A stretch of DNA of 64,000 bases from the NCBI RefSeq assembly GCF_009914755.1, contig NC_060933.1; one strand, given 5' to 3'. This document shows positions 23,395 through 36,328 of this stretch, in pieces; positions within the stretch are counted from its first letter, which is position 1, and the number at the start of each line of letters is the position of its first letter. The position numbers were made by a program, and so were the translations under genes. Source of the DNA: the human T2T-CHM13v2.0 reference genome, Homo sapiens. A model generated the notes under the pieces. The model was given only the letters and a program-made list of their open reading frames with translations, had not been told where the DNA came from and did no database searches.

Positions 23395-26300
23395 TGCTTT
23401 TTTTGGTGATAAAATGTATACAACATGCCATTTTAACCATTTGAAAGTTTTCTGTGGCATTTAGTGCATTTACAATATTGTGGTGCCATCACGACTATTT
23501 CCAGAATGTTTTCATTACCCCAAGAGGAAACATTAAGCCCATTGAACAGTTGTTCCCCATTTCCCATTTTTCCAAGATCCTAGCAACCAATAATTTGCTT
23601 TCTGTCTTTATGTATTTTCCTTTCCTTTAAATGTCATTTAAATGGAACCATACAATATGTGGCCTTTGTGATTGGCTTCTTTCACTTGGTGTAATGTTTT
23701 CAAGGTTCATTCGCATTGTAGCAAGTATCAGTACTTCATTCATTTTTATTGCTGAATAAAAATCCATTGCATGGGTATGCCACATTTTATTTATGCATCA
23801 GTTTATGGCCGTTTGGGTTGTTTCTACCTTTTGGCTATTGCAAGTGATGCTGTTATGAATATTTGTGTACAAGTTTTGGGTTGAACACCTTTTTTCAATT
23901 CTCTTGGTGTATATATATATCTAGAAGTGGAATTGCTGGGTTGTATGGTAATTCTGCTTAACTTTTTGAGGAACTACCAAACTGTTTTTCCACAGTGGCC
24001 GCACTGTTTTACATTCTTGCAAGCAATATAGGAGGGTTCCAATTTCTCCACGTTCTCGCCAACACTTATTTTCCATTATTATTATCATTGCCAACTAATT
24101 GGCTGTGAAGGTGGTACCTCACGTGATTTGGGTTTGCATTTCCCTAATGACTAATAATGTTAAGTATCTTTTCATGTACTTATTAGCCATTTGTATATCT
24201 TCTTGGAGAATTATCTGTTCAAGTCCTTTGCCTATTTAAAAAAAAAATAAATTGCCTGTTGTTGAGTCGTAAGAGTTCTTTGTATATTCTGGAAAATAGA
24301 CCCTTATTTATAATTTGCAAATTCTGCCATTCTATAGATTGTCTTTCATTTACTTGATAATACCCTTTAATGAACAAGTTTTTAACTTCGACAGAGTCCA
24401 ATTTATCTGCTTTTCTTTTGTTGCTCAGGTTTTTAATGCCATATCTGTGAATCCATTGCCAAATCCAAGGTCAAAGATTTACCCCTGTGTTTTCTTCTAG
24501 GAGTTTGATTGGTTTAGTCCTTATATTTAAGCTGTTAACCCATTTTGCGTTAATTTTTGTATTTAGTGTTAGGTAGGGACCTAGCTTCATTCTTTTGCAT
24601 GTGAGTATCTAGTTGTCTCAGCACCATTTATTGAAGAAATCATTCTTTCCCCCATTGAAGGATCTTGGCACCCTTGTCAAAAATCAATTGGGTATAAATA
24701 TATACGTAATTTCTACTCTCAAGAGTCCAGAAATAAACCTATGCACTGGTCTATATGTCTGTCTTTATATGTACTAATACCACGCTGTTTTGATTACTAT
24801 AGCTGTATAGTAAGATTAGTGTGCATGAGTTCTGTACATTTTTCTTTTTTCAAGATATTTTTTTTTAGGTATTTGGGGCCCCTTGCAATTCCACATGAAT
24901 TTGAGGATTGACTTTTTCATTTCAGTGGAGAGGACTCTTGGAATTTTGATAGGGATTGCATTGAATCTATGGATCACTTTGGGTAGTATTATAATCTTAG
25001 AATATTCAGTATTCGAATCTGTGAACACAAGATGTCTTTCTATTTATTTAGGGCTGCTTTAATCTCTTTAGCATATTCTAAACTTTTCGGTGTATAAGTC
25101 TTTACCCTTGGTGAAATCTATTCCCAGATATTTCATTCTTTTGAGTGCTATTGCAAGTGGAATTTTTTCTAAATTTCTTTTTCAGATTATTCACTGCCAG
25201 AATATAAAAACACAACTAATTTTTGTGTGTTGGTCTTATATCCTGCAACTTTATTGAATTCCTTTATTAACTCTATTAGTTTTTAAAAAGATTGTTTGGG
25301 ATTTTCTCTATATAGGATCATATCATTTGCAAATATAGTTTTATGTCTTCCTTTCCAATCTGAATGCCTTTTCTTTTTCTTGTCTAATTGCTCCGGTTAG
25401 AACATCCAGTACAAAGTGGTGAAACTGGGAATCCTGTCTTGTTCTTGATTGTAGAGAAAAAGCTTTCAGTTTTTCACCATTGAGTATGATTTAACTGTGA
25501 GTTTTTCACAGTTTTTCTTTATCATGTTAACATAGTATTATGTGTGTTTTTTATCGGAAAAGGGTGTTTGTCAATGATTTTTCTGTGTCAATTGAAATAG
25601 TCCTGCGGGCTTTTTTCCTTTGTATTATTAATGTTATATATTACCCTGATTGATTTTCTTATGTTGAACAAACTTTGCATTCCTGGGATAAATCGTGTTT
25701 GATCACAGTATATAATCTTTTTAATATGCTGTTGGATTCTGTTTGCTAGTGTTGAGAATTTTTGCATCTATATTCATAATATGTATCAGTCTCTGGTTTT
25801 CCTTTTTTATGATGTCTATGATATCAGGATAATGCTGATCTCTTAGAATAAGTTAGGAAATACTCCCTTCTCCTATTTTTTGAAAGAAATTGAGAAAGAT
25901 TGGTGTCAATTCTTTAAGTGTCCGGGAGAATTCACCAATGAAGCCTTCTGGTCTTGAACTTTTCTTTGTTGGGAAATATTTGATTGCTGATACAATCTCT
26001 TTACTTGTTATAGGTCTGTTAAACTTTCTATGCATTCCTGACTCAGTTTTGATAATTTGTGTGCTTCTAGGAATTTTTCGATTTAATCTAGATTATCTAA
26101 TCTGTTGGCATACATTTTTTCGTAGAATTCTCTTGTAATCCTTTTTATTTCTGCAAGGTCCATACAAATGTTTCCATATTCATTTCTGATTTTATTTGCA
26201 TGCTCTTTATGTTTTTTTTCTTAGTCTAGATAACAGTTTGCCAATTTTGTTTATCTTTTCTAAGTTCCAATTTTTGGTTCTGTTGTTTGTATTTTCTTAT

Positions 26301-29030
26301 TCTTTTTTTTTTTTTTTTTTTTTTTTTGGGAGAGTTAGAGTATTGCTGTGTCGCCCAGGCTGGAGTACAATGGCGTGATCTCAGCTCACTGCAACCTCCA
26401 CCTCCTGGGTTCAAGTGATTCTCCTGCCTCAGCCTCCTGAGTAGCTGGGATTACAGGCGTCTGCCACCATGCCCAGCTAATTTTTGTATTTTTAGTAGAG
26501 ATGGGGTTTGACCATGCTGTCTAGGCTGTCGAACTCCTGAAGTCAGGTGATCTGCCCACCTCGGCCTCCCAAAGTATTGGGATTACAGGCATGAGCCACC
26601 TCGCCCGGCCTGTTTTCTTATTTTATACTTAATTATCTCCACTCTAAACTTTATTATTTCCTTCCTCTACCTTTGGGTATATTTGCTCTTCTTTTTTAAG
26701 TTCTTTGAGGCATAAAGTTAGGGATATTGATTAGAATTATTTCTACTTTTTAAAATGCCTTTTTAAAACTGGCATTTATTGCTGTAGATGTCCCCCAGTA
26801 TACTGTATTTGTGCAATTCCATAAATTTTGGTATTTTTATTTTTATTTTCATTTGTCTCAAAGTATTTTATAATTTCCCTGTGATTTCTTCTTTAATCCA
26901 TTGGTCATTTAAGAATATCTTTTTTACTTTCCATTTATTAGTGAGTTTTCCAGTTTTTTTGGAAATCTGTTCTTGATTTCTATTCCATTGTGTTTATGAA
27001 AATACTTGGTATGGTTTTAGTCTTTTAAAATTTATTGAGACTTGTTTTGTGGTCTGACATGTGGTAAGTCTTAGAGAATGTTCCGTGTGCTCTTGAAATG
27101 AATGTGTATTCTGATGGTGTTGAGTGGAACTGTTCTAGCTATGCCAGCTAGGTCTCTCTGGTTTACACTGTTGATTAATAAGGATCCTTTATATCCTCAT
27201 TAATCATACGTCTAGATATTCTATCTAGTATTGAAGGTAGAGTATTGAAGCCTCCAACCGTTACTGTAGAGCTATCTATTTCTCCTTTCAATTCTGTCAG
27301 TATTTATATATTTGGGGGCTCTACTGTTTGATTTGTATGTGTTTCTAATTGTTAAATTTCTTGATTAATCTAATTTGAATTGATTCCAACTGAGCATCAA
27401 CAACATATAAAAATTCTGCTCTTATAAAGTTCTATTTCTCCCTTTCATGTTATTACTGTCCCAAATTACATTTGTATACATTATGTGCCCATTAAGGTAG
27501 ATTTATAATCATTGTTTTATGCATTTGCCTTTTAAGTTACATAGTAAGTGAAAAGGGGAGTTATAAAACAAAAATATAAAAAAAATATATATATATAGAT
27601 ATATAACAAAAATATAATGGCTTTTATATTTACCTATGTAATTACCTTTACCAGAATTCTTTATTTCTTTGTATAGCTTCAAATTATTATCTAGATTACT
27701 ATTTAGTGTCCTTTTATTTTAGCCTTGAGGACTCCCATTAACATTTCTCGTAGGGCATGTCTATGGGTAACAAACTCCCTCAACTTTGTTTTTCTGTATA
27801 TGTCTTAATTTCTCCCTAATACTTGAATTATAGTTTTGTTGGATACAGCATTTTTCGATGACAGTTTTTTTTTTTTTCTTTCAGTAAAAGGTGTTATCCT
27901 GTTCCTTACTGGACTCCATGGTTTCTGATGAGAAATGAGCTGTTAATCTTATTGGGAATCCCTTGTATGTGATGAATCACTTCTCTTTGCTGCTTTCAAG
28001 ATTTTCAGTCTTTGTCTTTTAAAAATTTGGCTACAGTACGTCTTAGTGTGGATCTCTTTGCCTTTATCTTTCTTAGACTTTGTTGAGCTTCTTGAATGTA
28101 TGGATTTGTGTCTTTTTTATTAAATTGGAGAAGTTTTAGGCCATTACTTTTTCACATATTCATTCTGCCCCTTTCTCTCCTATCCTTCTGAGATTCCTGT
28201 TATGCCTACGTTGGTATGCTTGATGTATCCTTAGGCTCATACTTTTCGTCTTTCTTTTTTCTCTGTAGACTGAGTGATTTTAGTTGACGTATCTTTATGT
28301 GAGTTGATTCTTTTGCCTGCTCAAGTCTGCTATTTAATCCCTCTAGTGAGTTTTTCATTGCAGTTACTGTACTTTTTAGAGTACAGAACTCTATAATTTG
28401 TTTGGTTCTTTTAAAAAAGAACTCTTTTTGATATTCTCTTTTTTCTTTTCTTGTATTGTTCTCCTGGTTTCTTTTAGTTCTTTGTCCATAATTTTCTTTA
28501 GCTGAATATATTCAAGAGAGTTGCTTTCAAGTCTTTGTCTAGTAAGTCCAATGTCTTTACCTCCTCTGGGACATTTTCTGTTAATTTCTTCTGTGAAATG
28601 ACAAAGCTTCCTTGTTTCATTTTATGCTCCATATTTTTTTGAAAACTAGACTTTTTTGAATGTTAAAATTCAGTTTTATTCCAAGAATAAAACAAAATAT
28701 TGTAAAATATGTAACATAAAATTTAACTTTTAAATATATGATTTTATGACATTAAGCATTAATGTCACATTAAACATTAATTAAGCAATAATCACCACCA
28801 TCCAGCTTCAGAACTTTGAAAACTGAACATTTTGGATATTGTAACAGGGTAACTTGGAGTATTACAGTCTTTCTTTTCCTCATTGTTTGTTTTCATTTCT
28901 TGCTGTGGGCTATGTTCAGTGACTTCTCAAAATTGTAAAGTTTGTCTGTCTTCTTTCTCTCTGAAGGCTCTGTTCTTTTAGCCAGTGATTAGCTAGTGCT
29001 GACAGAGATTTCCTTGAACACCAGAAGTCA
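23395..29030 (-). mobile_element. Long degraded L1M (about 5.3 kb, 3' UTR through ORF1 region)
   Basis: Antisense ORF2 remnants (ILPKVIHRFNAIPIKIP; NRPITSKEI..PTKKS); many stops and deletions. Confidence 0.85.
26302..26610 (-). mobile_element. AluS inserted in L1
   Basis: Long poly-T; TSD ttttcttatt. Confidence 0.93.
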
Positions 29031-29069
29031 AAAAAAGGAAAACAAAAAGGACTCTGCCTTTTCTCCATA

Positions 29070-29175
29070 ATGTGATTATTACACATTGCATGCCTATATC
29101 AAAATATCTCATGTGCCCCATGCCCCATAAATATACACACCTACTCTGTAACCACAAAATCAAAAATTAAAATAA
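29070..29175 (+). mobile_element. L1MA 3' terminal fragment
   Basis: tgtgattattacacattgcatgcctatatcaaaatatctcatg...aaaattaaa. Confidence 0.75.
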
Positions 29176-29249
29176 CTCTGCTGCCACTTCCACTTCTACT
29201 TTTTCTTTATCTCTACCAATTATGCTGCTATTTCTGAATATGCATCTTC

Positions 29250-30350
29250 TTTTTTAAAACATTGTAGTGATAAGTACACAATGTAAAATTTACCCTCATA
29301 ACCATTTTTTTTTATTTTTTTTGGTGGGGGAGGACAGAGTTTTGCTCCTGTTGCTTAGGCTGGAGTACAATGGTGCAATCTTGGCTCACCATAACCTTCA
29401 CCTCCCGGGTTCAAGCAATTCTCCTGCCCCAGCCTCCTGAGTAACGGAGATTACAGGCATGCACCACCATGCCCAGCTAATTTTTTGTATTTTTAGTAGA
29501 GATGAGATGGAATTTCTCCATTCAATAGTGTTAATGTGAATGTATATTCATATTGTTATGAAACAGTTCTCCAGAACTTTTCAGAACTTAGAAAACTGAA
29601 ACTCTAGCCATTAAACAATAACTCCCTTTCCCCCACCCCTCTCCCTATCCCCTGGTAACCACCATTCCATTTTCTTTTTCTATGAATTTGACTACTTTAG
29701 ATACTTCACATAAATGGAATCATACATTTTTGTGTGTGTGAATGGCTAATTTAATGTAATGGCCTTAAGTTTCATCCATGCTATAGCATCTAGCATGATT
29801 TTCTTTTTTTATAAGACTGAATAATGTTCCATGTTATGTATATACTGCATTTTGTTTATTCATTCTTTCATCAGTGGACATTTGGGTTGCTTTTACCAAT
29901 TGGCTGTTGTGAATAATGCTGCTATGAACATGGGTTTGCAAGATCTCTTCATGATCTTGCTTTCAATTTCTTTGGGATATACACCTAAAAGTGAGGTTGC
30001 TGGATTATATGGTAGTTCTAGTTATAATTTTCTATTTATATAAAATAATGTGTAAATTTTTAAGGAACTGCCATACTGTTTTATATAGTGGTCACATCAT
30101 TTTATAATCCTACCAAGTGTACATTAGGGTTCCATTATTTGCATATCCTGGGCAACACTTTTTCTGGTGTTTTTGTTGCTATTGTTTTTATAGCAACAAA
30201 TAGGTTCTAATAGGTATAGGCTGATATCTCATTGTGGTTTTGATTTGGTTTGGTTTTTTTCCTTCTGATTAGTGATATTGGTCATCTTCATATGCTTGTT
30301 GGACATTTGTATATCATCTTTGGGAAAATGTCTAAGTTCTTTGCCCATTT
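29250..30350 (-). mobile_element. L1MB-like 3' region with a partial Alu (about 29306-29503)
   Basis: Antisense L1 3' UTR/ORF2-end motifs; Alu right arm only. Confidence 0.8.
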
Positions 30351-33040
30351 TTATATGCTCTCTTTTTTTCTATGTTACTCCTTTTTTAGCTGCTCTTTTT
30401 TCCTTTTGTTGATTCTCCCTCTGCCCTCTCTTTTTCAGTTTCTAGTTGTTCTGCTTTTCCTGCTAATTCTGCATGTGCTTCTCTTTTCTCCTATGCTTCT
30501 TTCTGCTGTTTTTCATTTTTCTTTCTCTGCCTGCTTTTTCAGTATCTATTCATTTTGCTTCTGTTTCTCTTTTTCAACTTCTGTTAATTCTGTTTCTTTT
30601 TCTGCTGATTCCACATAGCTTCTCCTTTTTGCAGCTATTTTCCTTCTGTTGACTCTGCCCTATTTCTTCTTCCACCTTTTCAGTGTGCTGATTTTACCTC
30701 CGCTTCTCCTTGTTCCCATGCTTCTCCTTTCTGCAGCTATTTTACCTTATGCTGACTTTCCTTTATTCTGGTTCCCTCTTCTTTCAGCATCTGCTGATGT
30801 GGCCACTGCTCCTTGTTCCTGTGCTTCTGCTTTCTGCAGCTGATTTACTTCTGCTGACTTTGCCCTGTTCTGGTTCCCTCTTCTTTCAGCATCTGCTGAT
30901 GTGGCCTCTGCTTCTCCTTGTTCCTGTGCTTCTTCTTTCTGCAGCTATTTTACCTTCTGCTGACTTTGCCTTGTTCTGATTCCCTCTTTCAGTATCATCT
31001 GATGTGGCCTCTGCTTCTCCTTGTTCCTGTGCTTCTCCTTTCTGCAGCTATTTAACCTTCTGCTGACTTTGCCTTATTCTGGTTCCCTCTTCTTTCAGCA
31101 TCTGCTGATGTGGCCTCTGCTTCTCTTTGTTCCTGTGCTTCTCCTTTCTGCAGCTGATTTACTTCTGCTGACTTTGCCCTGTTCTGCTTCCGTCTTCTTT
31201 CAGCATCTGCTGATGTGGGCTCTGCTTCTCCTTTTTCCCATGTTTCTCCTTTCTGCAGCTTTTTTTTTTTTTTCTGCTGACTCTTGCTTCCCCACTTTTA
31301 GCATCTGCTAATTTGGTCTCTGCTTCTCCTTTTTCCTATGCTTCTCATTCCTGCTGCTGTTTTCACTTTTGCTGACTCTGCCCTACTTCCCCCTTCTTTT
31401 AGCATCTGTTCATGGCCTCTGCTTCTCCTTTTTCCTATGTTTCTCCTTTCTGCAGCTGTTTTTTTCCTGCTGACTCTTGCTTCCCCATTTTAGCATCTGC
31501 TAATTTGGCCTCTGCTTCTCCTTTTTCCTATGCTTCTCATTTCTGCTGCTGTTTTCACGTTTGCTGACTCTGCCCTACTTCCCTCTTCTTTCAGCATCTG
31601 TTCATGGCCTCTGCTTCTCCTTTTTCCTATGTTTCTCCTTTCTGCAGCTGATTTTTTCCTGCTGACTCTTGCTTCCCCATTTTAGCATCTGCTAATTTGG
31701 CCTCTGCTTCTCCTTTTTCCTATGCTTCTCATTTCTGCTGCTGTTTTCATGTTTGCTGACTCTGCCCTACTTCCCCCTACTTTCAGCATCTGTTCATGGC
31801 CTCTGCTTCTCCTTTTTCCTATGTTTCTCCTTTCTGTAGCTGTTTTTTTCCTGCTGACTCTTGCTTCCCCATTTTAGCATCTGCTAATTTGGCCTCTGCT
31901 TCTCCTTTTTCCTGTGCTTCTCTTTTCTGCTGCTGTTTTCACTTTTGCTGTCTCTGCCCTACTTCCCCCTTCTTTCAGCATCTGTTCATGGCCTCTGCTT
32001 CTCCTTTTTCCTATGTTTCTCCTTTCTGTAGCTGTTTTTTTCCTGCTGACTCTTGCTTCCCCATTTTAGCATCTGCTAATTTGGTCTCTGCTTCTCCTTT
32101 TTCCTGTGCTTCTCTTTTCTGCTGCTGTTTTCACTTTTGCTGTCTCTGCCCTACTTCCCCCTTCTTTCAGCATCTGTTCATGGCCTCTGCTTCTCCTTTG
32201 TCCTATGTTTGTCCTTTCTGTAGCTGTTTTTTTCCTGCTGACTCTTGCTTCCCCATTTTAGCATCTGCTAATTTGGCCTCTGCTTCTCCTTTTCCCTGTG
32301 CTTCTCTTTTCTGCTGCTGTTTTCACTTTTGCTGTCTCTGCCCTACTTCCCCCTTCTTTCAGCATCTGTTCATGGCCTCTGCTTCTCCTTTTTCCTATGT
32401 TTGTCCTTTCTGTAGCTGTTTTTTTCCTGCTGACTCTTGCTTCCCCATTTTAGCATCTGCTAATTTGGCCTCTGCTTCTCCTTTTTCCTATGCTTCTCAT
32501 TTCTGCTGCTGTTTTCACGTTTGCTGACTCTACCCTACTTCCCCCTTCTTTCAGCATCTGTTCATGGCCTCTGCTTCTCCTTTTTCCTATGTTTCTCCTT
32601 TCTGTAGCTGTTTTTTTCCTGCTGACTCTTGCTTCCCCATTTTAGCATCTGCTAATTTGGCCTCTGCTTCTCCTTTTTCCTGTGCTTCTCATTTCTGCTG
32701 CTGTTTTCACGTTTGCTGACTCTGGCTCCACATCTGCTTCTCCCATCTTTCAGCATCTACTGATTCTGCTACTTTTTCTGATGATTTTGCCTCTGCTTCT
32801 CCTTCTTCCTATGCTTCTCCTTTCTGAAGCTGTTTTTCCTTTTGCTGACTCTACTTCCACGCTGATTCCCCCTTTTTCAGCATCTTCTGATTCAGGTGCT
32901 TTTTTGCTGATCCTGCCTCTGCTTTTCCTTTTCCTACCTCTACTTTTCCTTTTGTTGATTCTGCTTCTCTTTCTGCTGATGCTAATTTCCTTTCTACTGC
33001 CGATGTTGATCCTGCTCCTTTTGCTTCTCCTTGGTCTTCT
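30350..33040. repeat. Pyrimidine-rich minisatellite: monomers of about 102-106 bp (30680-31210), then about 7.5-8 copies of a 192-bp dimer (31210-32720), with degenerate flanks
   Basis: agcatctgttcatggcc at 31401, 31593, 31785, 31977, 32169, 32361 and 32553 (period exactly 192 = 91+101); agcatctgctgatgtgg-type starts at 30786, 30888, 30991, 31097 and 31202. Confidence 0.97.
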
Positions 33041-33619
33041 ACATTTTAATGTGTTATACTATTTCTGGCCTCCTCGTAGTTTCACGTTTACATGGCCCTT
33101 AATGGCTATTCTATTCCTGGTTGCACCATATGTTTGCACTCACAAATGCTCTACTATCTGTTTTTCAATTTCTAATTACCCTATACACACTTCCTTTAAA
33201 TAGGAATATAATATTAAAGTAATGGTACTATGTCATAGGCAGCTGGTTAACTGATGGACTAGCTGTTACACAGCCCTTAGATGCTCACTTCTAGAACGGT
33301 CACCATGGCACAGGCTGGGAAGCAGAAAAACTAGAGACTCCCAAGGTACAGAATGCAGTCTAGGACTACAGAGACTAGGCAATACATAGTCCATAGAATG
33401 GAGTGTACCTGAGTGAGCAGTCCTTATTCTCTCTGCTGGAAGTAGATTGAGGTGTAAGTGAGCAATGAGGTACTAATGTAAAAGAAGTTACTTAATTTGG
33501 AAAACTAGATAAAAAGACAAGAGTGTGCAGAGGACAGCTAAGTAGCAACGTGGAAAATTTTTATCCAGTCAGAAAGGAAAGACTGTAGGCAAGTGAAAGA
33601 ATGAAATCATGTCATTTAT

Positions 33620-34100
33620 GGCCACCTGGAGAACTCATGTTAAGTGAAACAAACCAGCCACAAAAAGATAAATATCACATATGTGGAAGCTAAAAAAGTT
33701 GATCTCATATGCAATGCCAAAGAAAGTTGATCTTATATAGAGGTAGAGAGTATAGAATAGTGGTTACTAGAGGTTAGGAAGAGAAGGAGGATGGGGCAAT
33801 AATGAGGGATTGGTTAAAGGAAACAAAATGAGGAATAAGTTCAAATACGGGGAATAAGTTCTGGTGTTCTAAAGCACTGTAGGGTAGTGACTATAGTTAA
33901 CAGTAATTGTTATTTCCAAATAGCTAGATAAAAAGATTTTGAATGTTTCAGCATAAAGAAATGATAAATATTGGAGATGATGGATATGTTATTTATCCTG
34001 ATGTGTTCATTGCACATATGTATGGAAATATCACTCTATACCCCATAAATATATACAGTTATTATATATTATTGAAAAATTTATAAAAATTTTTTAAAAA
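33620..34100 (+). mobile_element. L1MA 3' end
   Basis: ggaataagttctggtgttc...aaatagctaga...cactctataccccataaatatataca. Confidence 0.8.
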
Positions 34101-34293
34101 GAGAAGAACAGAGGGAGCAAGCTTTTCTGGCAAATGGAGTTGAAATTAAGAGCACAGAATTGAAGCGTTGATCGCAATTGAATATGTGATATCAGATCCT
34201 TTGATGCTAGAAGGAAAGAAGGAATTGTTGGCATTTTCCACTTCCATGATAGTATGCAGGTGTTTTACTATTATTTTTCACTGTCTGTTATAG

Positions 34294-34422
34294 GTCCTGA
34301 ATCTGTGCCTCCTTCCCTTCTTAAAGTAGTGATGAAACCCATAGCAACTGTTGGAGAAAGCTACCAATATCCTCCTGTGAACTGGGCTGCACTTCTCTCT
34401 CCACTTATGAGGCTAAATTTTG
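34294..34422 (+). CDS. FOCAD: FOCAD coding exon 8/16 (GPESVPPSLLKVVMKP...LMRLNF)
   Basis: tgttatag| acceptor, ttg|gtaaat donor; 129 nt, phase 1-1. Confidence 0.93.
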
Positions 34423-34767
34423 GTAAATATCATGTGTTTTTAAGTCTTCAGACTTTGATTTTAGTATTTGACCTGAATGGAAAAACAGATTCTGTGTCAC
34501 AATGTGTAGTGACTGGATAGACTTTTCAGATCTTGAGGTTTGTCATGTTGGATGGAATGGCTGGGTTACTTTCACTCAGTCATTGAGCCCCTGAGGGTGA
34601 GGAAGAAGAGGTCTAAAGACACAGGCCAGATACACCTGCCAAAAACAATGCTTGACTGAGGTTTGCGCACTGCTGGGAATGTGGTACAGGTTCCATTAAG
34701 CTTGCCTTTGTGGTTATCAAACTACATTTCCAGAGCCATAGGTTTCGAGAAGTACCATGTGGGATGC

Positions 34768-35263
34768 TGTATTAATTTTCTATTGCTGCTGTAACAAATT
34801 ACCACAGTGGCTTGAAACAACACAAATTTATTATCTTTACATGTCCATAGGCCAGAAGTCCAACATGTTTCTCACCAGCCTAAGATCAAGGTATCAGCAA
34901 ATTAGAATTTCTTTCTAGAGGTTCTAGGGAGGAATTCATTTCCTTTTCTTTTCTAGCCTCTAGAAGCTGCCCACATTCTTTGACTTGTGGCCCCCTTTCT
35001 GCATCTTCAAGGCAAGCAATAGAGGGCTAAGATCTTCTCACACCATCATCTTTCTGGTTCTCTGTAGCCAGGAAAGGTTTTCCAACTTTAAGGACTCATG
35101 TAATTAATAGGCTCACTTACATAATCCAGGATAATCTCTCCATCTCAAAATCCTTAACCTTAATCACATCTGCAAAGCTTCTTTGTCATATAAGGTAGTG
35201 TATTCACAGGTTGCAGGGATCAGGATGTGAACATTATTGGGGACCATTATTCTGCCTACCACA
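34768..35263 (-). mobile_element. MaLR solo LTR (MLT1D-like)
   Basis: Minus strand begins tgtggtaggcagaataatggtcccc and ends ...aattaataca (TG...CA). Confidence 0.85.
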
Positions 35264-36212
35264 GTTATTTTGTGGTGAGAGGCAAACAGAATACACACCT
35301 CAACACCTCCAGTTCATCCACAGCAACCTATTTTATACAGAATAGAGTTACACATGCAAATATAATTTAATGTACTTGTTCCCCACCCTAACTCCAAAAA
35401 TAAAGTAAGAAGGGGAGATGAAGAGCAATTTAAACAGTGTTGTAAAATTGTGTGTGTTTGTGTCTGTGCCTGCTGTGAGTGCTCTATCATTTATAGTAGA
35501 GTGCATACTTACATATGATATATAAAACAACTTCTATACTGTAATTTATGTGTGGTTTCAGAGATAAAGATAATTTTGACTACATACAATTTTTCACTTA
35601 AGTGCTTTCATATAAACCTAATCTCTATATAAGATATAATGTCACCATACTGGGTTTCCAGAGATTTCATTTGAAAAATGTGTTCCGCTATCCCTCTCCT
35701 TGTTTGGTGTGCTATATTGAAATGTTTGTGTTTCATTTAAGTCCTTAGAGAAAGGAAGGAAAATAAGGTGCTGATTGGAATCTTATTACTAGAAAGGCTT
35801 GATGACTAGAGAATGTGGCTCTATCTTTAAGCCATTCCACACCTTGATATATTTCTTCATGGTCTGCATATGAGATGGAGAGAAGGGAAAAACAGAGATC
35901 CAGAGATTACTAGCTAGAATTTTCTCATATTTTAGATAGTGTTTGAGTGTGTAGTTTCCTCTGGATATCATAAGAGAAATTCCCATATCTAGTTCAAGCC
36001 CATTGCTAGTTCCAAGGTGGGACTGTGATGCCATTGGACATGTTATTTTGCCTCATAACTAACAAGTCTCTTGAAATATCTCTTCTGGTTTACTGAAGTT
36101 CTGTTACCTGCAAAAGTCACATAAGCAGATGCTTTGATTTGAGATATTAAAGCCTGAAAATGAGTCAGGAAAGTAACTATATATTCGATTCTTTTCCTTT
36201 CTTGACTTTCAG

Positions 36213-36328
36213 GTGAAGAGATCCAGCAACTGTGCCTTGAAATTATGGTGACCCAGGCACAGTCATCCCAGAATGCAGCTGCACTATTGGGCTTGTGGGT
36301 GACACCACCACTGATCCACAGTCTGAGT
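36213..36328 (+). CDS. FOCAD: FOCAD coding exon 9/16 (GEEIQQLCLEIMVTQ...PPLIHSLS)
   Basis: actttcag| acceptor, agt|gtatgt donor; 116 nt, phase 1-0. Confidence 0.93.

Noticed and set aside
31796-32527. 243-aa Cys/Phe/Ser-rich ORF with 64-aa repeats (longest ORF in the window)
   Set aside because: By-product of a 192-bp (3n) pyrimidine-rich unit. It is open only where TGA changed to TGT in three adjacent copies; no promoter, exon or homology support.
31210-32720. CRISPR-like array
   Set aside because: No unique spacers (whole units repeat), eukaryotic intron, no cas genes.
30250-33203. Leu/Phe-rich 'membrane protein' ORFs
   Set aside because: C/T-rich low complexity lacks stop codons and encodes L/F/S/P by composition.
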